Assembly: GCA_033442325.1 (NCBI GenBank)
Contig: JAWQFM010000036.1
Location: 314,719 to 378,718, forward strand
DNA: 64,000 nucleotides
Direction of reading: 5' to 3'
Source: Salpingoeca rosetta
Lineage: Eukaryota > Protista > Choanoflagellata
A program made the translations under genes and the position numbers. The notes below the pieces were generated by a model. The model saw only the letters and a program-made list of their open reading frames with translations, ran no database searches and was not told where the DNA came from. Positions 49,801-61,300 of the stretch are shown here, piece by piece (positions within the stretch are counted from its first letter, which is position 1; every line of letters starts with the position of its first letter).

Positions 49801-52800
49801 ACCTGTTGCTGGCGCTGCGGCCGAGGTTGCGGCAATAGTCGGCATCTGCAGTGGTCACGCAAGAGATCAACGCGCAGTGTCAAGACAGCATATTTCTCCA
49901 GCAAGCATGTCAAACATCGACACAAATACGCACAACCAAACGCACGCACGTCTACACTTGTGCAAGGGTTCCTGCGATCGTGAAGCTCTGACGAACCCCA
50001 TCACACACCGACACACACACACACACACATACACACACACAGACCCATCACACACACTCACACACACGCCCACACGCCCACACACACACACGCACACACA
50101 TACCCATCACACCCACCCATCACACACCTGGGTAGTCGAGGCAGGGGTCTGGAACGGCCATGTTGAAGACAACGGCCGAGGCATCGGCGGGCGTGGTCTG
50201 GTCCAGGAACGGAAGCACATGCACGTTCACCTGGGTTGTCACCACGTCGCTGGCAGCTGCGCGCGGGTTGCTTGCGCTCACCGTCACGGTGTAGGTGCTG
50301 GTGCTAGTGGCGTCATACTGAAGGTCCTCGGCAATCACAATCGCCTCCCGGCCCTGCGCCACAATGCCCACGGAACCGCTGTCCAGTGTAAGCTTCACAT
50401 TCCCACTCGTCGTCGTCGTCGTCGTCGTCGTCGTTGTAACCGCATCATCATCACCACCATCCCCCGCATCACCACCACCTGTCAGTAGCGTTGTCTGCAG
50501 CGAAATGGAAATGTCCGAGTTGAGCAGCGTGCCGTCGGCGTCTGTGACCGCGACACCAAAGAGCCCGGCGCCCGTCACGGGAATGGCCTCCGACACCTCC
50601 AGCGTGGCGCGCGCCTGCACGGCGGACACAACGGGCGCGTTGTCGTTTACATCCACAATGCTGACGGCGATGCTTGCGGTGGCTGACCGCGACGGCTGGC
50701 CCTTGTCTGTCACATACACGCGCAGCTGCATCGCGCTCATCTGCTCGTAGTCGAGTGCACTCACATACACGTCGCCCGTCGACGCGTCAATGCTGAATGG
50801 GCCGCTCACAGCGGACAGCGTGTCCACGCCCGTGATGAGCGCAAACACAAGGTCGCCGTTGTTGCCCTCGTCATTGTCCACAGCAGCAAGCGTGCGTACG
50901 ACCATGCCCGGCGCCTGGTCCTCGGACAGCACGAGGTCGGCAATGCTTGCAGGCACAAACGCGGGCGTCACATCATTCACGTCCAGAACAGTCAGCTGCA
51001 CGGTTGCGCGCGCGCCCAGCGGCTGGCTGCCGCCGTCAAGCACCTCCACGACCAGCTCGTATTGAGCCGTTGTCTCGCGGTCCAGCGGGGACGTGAGTGT
51101 GATGGCGCCGCTGCTGGAGACACTAACACCGGCACCGCCACTGCTCACCAGAGCAAACGTCAGCGCGGCGTTGGCGCCCTCGTCTGCGTCTGTCGCCGCC
51201 AGCAGCAGCACCTCGCTTCCCACCGACACGTCCTCCTGCACAGACACCTGGTAGGTGGCCCTTGTGGCGTCAAAGCTTGCGCCGGCGGTGGTGCTGGCCG
51301 CAAACATGGGGGCGTTGTCGTTCTCGTCACCAACAGCCACGCGCACGACCAAGTCCTGGCTGCGTGCTTGGTCGGTTCCCGTCGCGCCGTCCACAGCAAA
51401 CACCACAAGCGTGTACGCGGTGACCGCCTCGCGATCCACATTGCCAGACACCGCCAGCCGCCCGCTGGTCTCGCCAATGGTAAACGGAATCGTGGCTTCA
51501 GAGCCAGCCTGCGTTGCGCCCGTGCCAGCCCGGGTCAGCGTGCTGCGCGCGTAGTCGAGGAAGTACGACACCTGGCCGTTGGCGCCGGCGTCGCTGTCCG
51601 TCGCAACAATGGTGGTCACCAGCGTGCCGGCATCCGCGTTCTCCCGGACGGAAACATCCAGCGGCGACGGCGGCAGCAGCGGCGCGTTGTCATTCACATC
51701 GGCAATGGTGATGACAACAGACGCAAACCCCGTGCGATCGCCGTCATCCCGTGCAGAGACGGTCACCTGGTACGACCCGGCAGACTCGCGATCCAGGCTG
51801 CCCGCAACGACAACCAGGCCCGACGCCTCGTCAATGTCAAAGGGGCTCAGCCCGCCGTCGTCCAGCGCATAGCGGATGGCCACGTTGGAGGCATCTGCAT
51901 CGCTCGCGCTCACACGCACCACGGGCGTGCCCACGCTTGCCGCCTCGCTCACCGTCGCCACGTATGTGTCCGCGAGGAACACGGGGTCCCTGTCGTTGAT
52001 GTCCTGAATGTCCACGACAACAACAGCGGTGGTGGTCATGGGTGCTCCCGCACCGCTGCCGGCACCGCCCGCGACCACATCAGTCACCTCCACAGTCACG
52101 TTGAACTGTGTCAGCTGCTCGTGGTCAAACGAAGGCGTCACAAACACGTCGCCGTTGGTAAACACCTGCACATACTGCGCAAACGGCGTTGGGGCGAGCG
52201 AGAACACCATGGCGTCGCCATCACCGTCCGTGGCGGTGAGCCTGACTGCACGCAGCGGCACCACCGCCCCCGTTGTGCCGCGTCGCTCATCAACCTCAAC
52301 GCGGTACACGGCCTGGTCAAACTGCGGCGCGTTGTCGTTAACGTTGCCAACGGTCACGGTCACCGTTGCATTGGTGGACAGCTGTGGGGAGCCCTGATCC
52401 AAGGCCAGCACCGTCAGCGCGTACTCTGCTTGCACCTCGCGATCCAGCGGCTGCAGCGTCGTGACGACGCCCGACACCGGGTTGACGCTGAACAGATCAG
52501 CGCGCCCGCCCACGAGCATAAATGATACGAGCTCGTTCACGCCAGAGTCGGCATCGGTCACCTGCACGCGCCCGACGACGGCACCAACACCCTCGTTCTC
52601 CGCCACGCTCATGGCGTAGCTGCCGCCCTCCGTGAACACGGGCGCGTTGTCGTTGGTGTCCAGCACGGTAATGGTGACCGTGGTCGCGTCCATCTGTGTT
52701 GGATCGTCGTACGTGTTTGTGTTGTCCACCTCCACTGTCAGCTGGTACAGCGTCGTTGTCTCAAAGTCGAGTGGAGCCGCGAGCGTGATCGCGCCCGTGC

Positions 52801-53727
52801 TCGGCTCAATCGCAAACACGCTCTGCGCAGCCGTGAAGCGGAAGAACAGCTCGGCGTTGGCGCCATCATCCTCGTCAACGGCCACCACGTGTGTGATGTT
52901 GCTGCCAACTGCCACATCCTCCCGCACCTCAAGCAGCACGTCGCGTGTCACAATGACGGGCGCGTTGTCGTTGATGTCCTCCACCGTGATGGTCAGGGTC
53001 ACTGTCGTGCACAGGCCGGCGCACGCCACACCGGCATCAGACGCCGTTGTTGTGGCTGCTGTTGTTGTCTGCACAGGTGTTGTGACGCCAGTGGTGCTTG
53101 GCGTGGCCACGGTGCTTGCGGTTGTTGCCGTGGTCGCAACTACGGGTGTCGTGGTTGGTGTTGTGGAAGATGCAGCTGTTCCATTCACCATCATGCGCGT
53201 TGAGCTGTCCGCGGTGGAGATGTTATTGTTGCTTGTCGTCGTGGCGGTAGCAATAGCAGTAGCTGTGGTGGTGGTGGTGGTGGTGCCGACGACAGGGGTG
53301 CTGCCTGGGGCAATGGTGGTCGTTGCTGTTGTGTCCGCCTTGACGGCGCAGGCTCCACCTTGCAGAGCGCAGCGGTCAGATGGACACGTGTTCACGTCAA
53401 ACGCAAAGCAAGGCACCGGCTCGCCCTGCTCCAGACACAGCCCGCCCGCAAGCGGCGTTGCCATGAACACGCAATCATCGGGGCACGTATCGTTTGTCGG
53501 GTACTCCCTGCAGGGCAGCCGCTGGCCAATGTGGCGGCATCGATTGCTGAGGGCAGGGTCTGTCTCACATCCATATGCGGTGCAGTTGCTCTCAAACAGC
53601 AGCTCACACGGGGCGGGCTCGCTGGCGTTGAAGCACACAGACGACGCACCAGCAAACACGCACGCAGCCACGGCCTCACATTCGCTGGCCGTGACAAACC
53701 TGGAGCACACGTCATTGGCGACAGGGG

Positions 53728-53771
<44 letters not shown>

Positions 53772-55329
53772 GCTGCTGTGGCTGTGGCTGTTGTTGCTGT
53801 TGCGGAAGCAGTTGTTGCTGCTGTGGTTGTGGCTGTTGTTGTTGGTTGCTGAACGGTGTCATTGCCTGCAACGATGGTGGTTGCAGTCGCAGTCGCAGTC
53901 GTGGTGGAAGTGGAATTGAGGACATCACGACGGCGTCGGTTGCCACCATCACTTCCGCCATCATCGGCGGTGACGCGAACAACAATCTCACCCGTCTCCT
54001 CCCTGTCAATGGTCTGCGTCGCAATGACCACGCCTGTTGTGGCGTTGACGGCAACCAGGCCAGGGTGCGAGGAGTAGCTGATAAAGTACCGCAGGGCACC
54101 CAAGTCAGCGCCGTCAGGATCCGACGCAGCAAGGCGTGCAATGACAGCACCAGGCGCGTTGTTCTCGGGGAGCGATGCCTGCACGCTCGGCTGCGCAAAC
54201 ACAGGCGGGCTGTCGTTGATGTTCTCCACCTCAATGCGGATCACATATGTCCCCGACGTGAACGCGCCGTCCGTGGCCACCGCCTGCACGACAACGGCGG
54301 ATGCTTCCTCGTAGTCCAGGTCGCGTGCCAGCGCCACCATCCCGCTCATCGCGTCCATGGTCACAAACGTCGGCTCCTCAGCATTGGCTGCGGCCGCCGT
54401 GTTCTCGTTGCCCGCGTGTTCCGTCTGCACGTTGAGAATGGCAAAGGCGAGCGTGCTTGTTTCGTCGGCGTCTGTGGCAGCAATGCGGCCCACAACCGTG
54501 CCGTTGGCTGCACCTTCCCGCAGCTGCACAACAGTTGGGTTGGAGGCCACATCCAGTACGGGCGCGTTGTCGTTCTCGTCCGTCACCGTGACCACCACAG
54601 CGACAGTGGACGTCCGTGCACTCGGCAGCCCGCCGTCCGAGACAACCGCCTGCAGATACACCACGGCCACCGCTTCGCGGTCGAGTGCCTGCACCAGCTG
54701 GACAACGCCACTCACGGGGTCCACAACAAAGTGCTGGCTCCACTCTCCTTGTGCAAGGCTGAACGTGAGCTGCGTTGGAGTTGCGGGCCTGTCCGCATCG
54801 GTCGCCGCCAGCGTGATGAGATCAACGCCTGCCGTGTTCTCGGCAACGGTTGCGCTGTAGCCGCCCTGCACAAACGCGGGCGCGTTGTCGTTCACGTCGT
54901 CAACAATGACATGCACGCTGGCTGTGGAGTTGAGCCCGTCCTCATCCGTCGCCACAACAACAAACCGGTACGCCTGCACCGTCTCGCGATCCAGCGCAAT
55001 GCTAACCTTGATCTCGCCAGTAACAGCGTCAATCTCAAACGGCAACACAGTCGGCACCATCGTTGTGCTGGTAGTGCTCGTCGTGGCGGTGGTTGTGGTT
55101 ATGGTTGTGGTTGTTGTTTTGGTGGTGGCTGACGAGGTGGTCGTGGAGGCTGGTTGAGTTGTGCTCGCTGTTGTGAAGGTCACAACATCTGTAATCGTCG
55201 CGTTTGCGTGCATTGTTGTCGCGTTGCTGGATGCAGTCGTGGCACTTGTTGAGCTGATTGTCATGTTGCCATTGTCAGTCGCATCCACCGTGCTTGTCGT
55301 TGTGGTTGTGGTGGTTGTGGTTGTGGTGG

Positions 55330-55390
<61 letters not shown>

Positions 55391-58300
55391 CGTGGTTGTG
55401 GCCGCGACGCTGGCGGCAGTGGACGAGCTCGTTGGCACACCAGCACTTGCGGTCGTGGACAAATTGTCACCATTGCCGTTGTCGTTGCTTGCGAGCACAG
55501 CGACAATGGAGTAGGTGACGGTGGCGCCGATGTCACGCTCGCGTGCTACCACCTGCAAGACAACCGTGCCAGTAGACGCATCCTCGCTTACGTGGCCCTC
55601 ATACAGCACCTGATCAAACTGTGGCGCGTTGTCGTTGACGTCCTGTACACGCACCAGCATGTCAAACGTTGTCTGCAGCTGCTGCTCCACACCACGGTCC
55701 GTCGCCACAATCGTCAGCGCATACCTGTCGCGCGTCTCGCGGTCAAGCGGTTTCAGCACACGCAGGCGCCCGCTCAGCGCATCCAGTGCAAACGTATCGT
55801 TGTGGGTGGAGCGCAGGGCATACGTCACGTCGCTGTTTCTGCCCTCGTCCGCGTCTGTGGCCGTGACCACAATCAGCGTGCTGCCTGCAAGCACGTTCTC
55901 CGGTACGTCCAGCTCGCTGGGCAGCTCCGCAGCAAACTCGGGGGCGTTGTCGTTGCTGTCCTGCACATTGACGGTGAAGGATGCTTCCGTGAACTGGTCG
56001 AGCGAGGTTGTTGCCGCGTTGGCGACGCGGACCACAAACGTATGGCTGCGTGCCGACTCGTAGTCCAGCGCTCCCTGCAGCGTCACGCGTCCGCTGTCCC
56101 TGTCGATGGCAAACAGGTCATCGCTGCTGTCTTGCAGCCAGAATACAACGTCGGTGTCGACAATGTCCACGTCGTCGGCCGTGACGGTGAGGATGAGCGA
56201 CTCAGGGGCGAGCGCCTCGCTCACGGAGGCGGTGCGCACGGCGTTGGTCACATAGGGCGGGTTGTCGTTGACGTCACCAATGGTGATGGTGACACCAACG
56301 AGGCGTGTGAGCTCCTCCACACCACCGTCCACCGCCACCACCGTCAGCTCGTATGCGGCCTGCGTCTCGCGATCCAGCGGTCGCGCAACAGAGATCACCC
56401 CGCTGCTCGCGTCAATCTCAAACGCGCCCACCACCGCACTGCCGGTGCTGTTGGTGGTGCCGGCACCAAGCAGCGTGTACGTGATGCGGGCGTTGTCCGC
56501 CAGGTCAGCGTCTGTCGCACGCACGCGCACCACCTGTGCGCCGAGCGCAGCGCTTTCCAGCACGCTGGCCGTGTACGCTTCCTCGTCAAACACAGGTGCG
56601 TTGTCGTTCTCGTCCGTCACCGTCACAGTGATGGTGACGTCTGTGAAGAGCTGCTGCTCTGTGCCAAGATCGCGTGCGCGAACAACAAGCGCATATGTGT
56701 CCACGACCTCCCGGTCAAGCCGGCCCGCGGTGAAGAGGGTGCCGCCCTCGAGTTTGAATTTCCCGGCAGCATTACCGCCAACCAAGAGGTACTCCACTTG
56801 GCCGCCGGCGCCCGTGTCTGGGTCCTGTGCGAGCACGCTGCCAATGCGCGTGTCCACTTCTGCGCCCTCACTCACCTCAAACGCGTACGGTGCGCCCACA
56901 AACGCCGGATGCTCGTCGTTGTCGTCTGTGAGCGTTATCAGAACCGTGGCCACGGCACTTGGCTGAGCGCCGAGCGCGCCAGCCGGGTTGCTTGCAAGCA
57001 CGATGATGTTGAGAATGGGTGCCGTTTCAAAGTCGAGGTTGTTCGGGTACAGCGTGCCGGAGGCGTCGATGCGAACGGCGCTGTTCATGTTACCACCGGC
57101 AATCTCAAACTCAACCTGTGCGTTGACACCCTGATCGGCGTCCTCCACCACGAGCGCAACAATGGGCTCAGTCGTGCTCTGCGTCTCCACAACCGTCACC
57201 ACGTACTCGCGTGGCGTGAACTGAGGCACGTTGTCGTTGACATCTGTGATGGCCACCACCAGCTGAGCCGTCGTGGTGAGTCGGTCGGCAACGTCGGCTG
57301 CCATGTCATACACAAGCACGGTGACGGCGACCTCTGCTGCGGTTTCGTGATCAAACCACTGCACGTCGCCGCCAGCATCTCCAGTCGCCACGCGGACAGC
57401 GCCCGTCACAGCATCCACCTCAAATGCGTGCGACCACGTCTCGTTGGCAGCCAGCCCAAACCGCACGTCGTTGTTGGGTGCGGTGGCGTCGCCGTCCGTG
57501 GCCGTCAGCGTCACCACGTGCACGCCACTGACGGCATCCTCCGGCAGGGTTGCGCGAATGGGGCCTTGCTGCTGCGACGGCGTGTTGGTGAAGATGGGGG
57601 CGTGATCGTTCACGTCAAGCAGCGTGAGCTCAACACGGGCGGTGGCGCTCAGCCGCTGCTCACTGCCGTTGTCCGTTGCGCGCACCACAAGCACGTACGA
57701 CTCACGGGTCTCACGGTCCAGCGGCCGCGATGCAAACACCTCGCCGCTGCTGCCGTCAATCACAAACAGGCCGCCCTCGTCCTCGTCCAGCGTGTACGTC
57801 AGCTGCGCGTTGAGGCCGGCGTCGTCGTCGCTCGCAGCCACTACAACCACGGGCGTGTCGGCAGCAATGTCTTCGCGCACGTCTTGCGTGTACACGCTCT
57901 TCTCAAACACGGGGGCGTGGTCATTGACATCGGTCACATGCACGACAAGGGTGGCGGTTGTGGCCTGGCGCGCGTCGGGATCGGCGGCCCGGTCCTCCGC
58001 CACCACCGTCACCTCGTAGGTGTCCGTTGTTTCCCGATCAAGGTCAGACACCAGCAGGCGCACCTCGCCCGTGAACGTGTTCACAAAAAAGACGGACGTG
58101 GCCGTGGTCTGGAACAGGCGCACAACACCGTTGAGCCCTTCGTCGGGGTCGTGGGTGACAATCGTCGTCACCAGCGCCCCAGCCTGCGCATCCTCGCGCA
58201 CGTGCGCAACAAACGGCTCTGGGGCCGTGAACGAGGGTGCATTGTCGTTGATGTCTGCAAGCATCACGTGCAGGCGGGCTGTGCCGCGTAGTGCAGGGAA

Positions 58301-61300
58301 TGAGGGCGTGGATGGCAACGTCACATCATTGCTACCACCACTTCCACCATCACTACTGCTGTCTGTCGCCACCAGCGTCAGTGTAAAGTTGGAGCCGAGG
58401 GTCTCGCGATCAAGCGCCGTGCTGATGCTCAGCCGCGCCGTGGTCGTTGTGCTGTCACTCCTGTCGGGGCTCACGTCCACCACCTCAAAGGTGAAGTGCT
58501 CTGCCCCCACGCCTTCAACGCTGAACGTCACCGCCGCGTTGGTGCCAAGGTCCGCGTCGTTCACAGTGACCTGCAGCAGCACCACCTCGCCCCCGGCGGA
58601 CGTGGCGGCATACTCCTCCTCCTCCGTCACAGCAATGCTGTACGCTGGTGCGTCAAACGTGGGGGCGTTGTCGTTGACATCCGTCACCAGCAGCACGACG
58701 GCCTGCGTGTCGTTGAGACCGCCGATATCGCTTGCGGCCACCAGTAGGACATACTCGTTCTGCTCTTCGCGGTCCAGCGTCGCACCGGCGGCCAGTCGAA
58801 TCACACCGTCGCTCCCGCACGCGAACAGGTCGAGTGAGTTGCCGTCACCAGCGACAGCAGCGTAGGTGACGACGCTGTTCTCTTCAGCATCTGCGTCTGT
58901 GGCAATCACGCGGCCCACGACGTCGCCACCAGCGGCGGCCTCGGACACGTTGAACACAACAAACTCGCCATGCGAAAACACGGGCGCGTTGTCGTTGACA
59001 TCCAGCAAGGCAATGCTGATGGTGGTGCGGGCTGAGCGCCGCTGGTCGACACTGGCGGCGTTGTCTGTGGCCACTACATCAAACACGTACAGCTCCTGCT
59101 GTTCGCGATCAAGTGCACCAGCGACCGTCACCTCGCCGCTCACCGCATCCACAGCAAACGGTACCTGCAGACTGCCACTGGCTGTGGCGATGGTGTAGGT
59201 GATGCGGGCGTTGTCATCGATGTCGCCGTCTGTTGCCGCAACCGTCACCAGGAGCGTGCCCAGCGCAGCGTCCTCACGCACATCCGCACTGTACTCCGCC
59301 TGCACCTGCGGCGTGTTGTCGTTGACGTCATCAATCAAGACAGTCACGGACGCAGAGTCTGTAAACAGGAAGCGCGTTGCGTCAGGGTCGCGCGCGGTGA
59401 TGGTGAACGTGTACGCGTCCTTTGTCTCCCTGTCAAACTCGGCGGTGGCGAAGATCTCACCGGTGCTCCCGTTGACCCAGAACAGCGCCTCGTCGCCACT
59501 GCCAGACAGGCTGTATGCGATGATGGCGTTGGCGTCGCTGTCTCGGTCCTGTGCCACAACAGCGCCGACGCGCGTCCACGCAGGCATGCCCTCTGCCACA
59601 GTCAGCGTGTAGGTGGCGTTGGCAAACTCGGGCTGGTTGTCGTTCTGGTCAAACAACGTAATCACGGCGGTGGTGGTCCCCTGCAGGCCGCCACCGTCCT
59701 CCGCCACAATCGTCAGCGTGATGACGGGCAGCACCTCGCGGTCCAATGCCGTCGTTGGCCGCACGTCACCCGTGGCGCTGTCAATGGCAAAGTTGCTACT
59801 GCCGGCGCCGTCGCGAATGCTGTACACAATGCCGGCGGTGCCGTTGGCGCCGAGGTCACGGTCGCTCGCACGCGCCGTCAGCACCGTCGAGCCAAAGTTG
59901 AAGTTCTCGATGATGGTTGCTTCGTACCTCTCGCGCTCAAAGACGGGCGCGTTGTCGTTCACGTCCACCACGCGCACCAGCACCGTGGCCACAGCACGCC
60001 GCCCACCAGGGTCCGATGCAGACACCGTGAGCGCATACGCGTCCTCCTCCTCCCTGTCCAGCACGGCGTTGGTGCTCAGCCAGCCGGTTGTTGGGTCGAT
60101 GGTGAAGGTGGTGCCGGAGGTGAGGATCCGGTACGCAACCGTGTCGCCATCCGCGTCGCGCGCAACAATACGATGCACGCGCGTGCCAATGGGCTCACCC
60201 TCCCGCACACTCACCTCAATCGTGTCTGCGTCAAAGACGGGGTCGTTGTCGTTGGTGTTCTGCACCGTGACCACCACCACGAGCTGGGCCGCGAGCGTGG
60301 CCGGGCTGCCGCCATCGCGCGCCTCAACCGTCACGTTGATCTGCGTCGTCTCCTCAAAGTTGAGCGCCTGCGTCAGCTGCACCACACCCGTGTCTGCGTC
60401 CACGCGCACCGCGCTGTTGCCGCCGGGGTGCGTGGTGCTCACCAGCGAATACGTGACTGCGGCGTTGCTGCCCTCGTCCGCGTCCGTTGCCGTGAACACG
60501 CCGACCGTCGTGACACCGGCCACGTTCTCCGCAACCATGCGGCGCTCAACGCCGCTGGCAAAGCGGGGCGCGTTGTCGTTCACGTCCGATACCGTCACCA
60601 CGGCCGTGGCGGTGGCCACGTTGCCACCAGCATCCACAGCCCGCACTGTGAGGCGGTGCACGGCGTGCTGCTCGCGGTCCAGCCAACGCGCCAGGCCCAG
60701 AACACCAGTGGTGGCGTTCAGCACAAACGCTTCCGCCGTACCAGTGCTGCTGCCCGTGATGCTGAATGTGGCCGAGTCGTTCTCGTCCGCGTCTGTCACG
60801 CGCAGCTGCAAGACGACCACGTCACCGGACATTGCGCCTCCATCACCACCTGCAGCTGCTGCTGCAGCGGCGCTCGTCTCAGGGACGGTGGCTGTGAGGG
60901 AGGATGGCACAAACGACGGACTGCTGTCGTTCTCATCTGTGACCGCGACCGTGACCGTGGCGTCAGTGAACAGCGCAGGGCTGCCACCATCGGTTGCACG
61001 GACGACGAGTGTGAACAATGCCTGCGCCTCGCGGTCAACCGCGCCCCGCACGCGCACCTCACCGCTCGCGCTGTCGATTGCAAACACGCCGCTCGTGTCG
61101 GCCGTGCTGTCAGCACCACTGACCGCCACCAGCGCGTACGTCACATCGGCGTTGGTGCCCTCGTCAGCGTCCGTCACTTGCGCCGTGAACACGAGCGTGC
61201 CGACGGCGCTGTTCTCCACGACAGCGTAGGCGGAGTCCAGACCCACAAACACGGGCGCGTTGTCGTTCTCATCCTCCACCACGATCACAATGTCCAGGGT

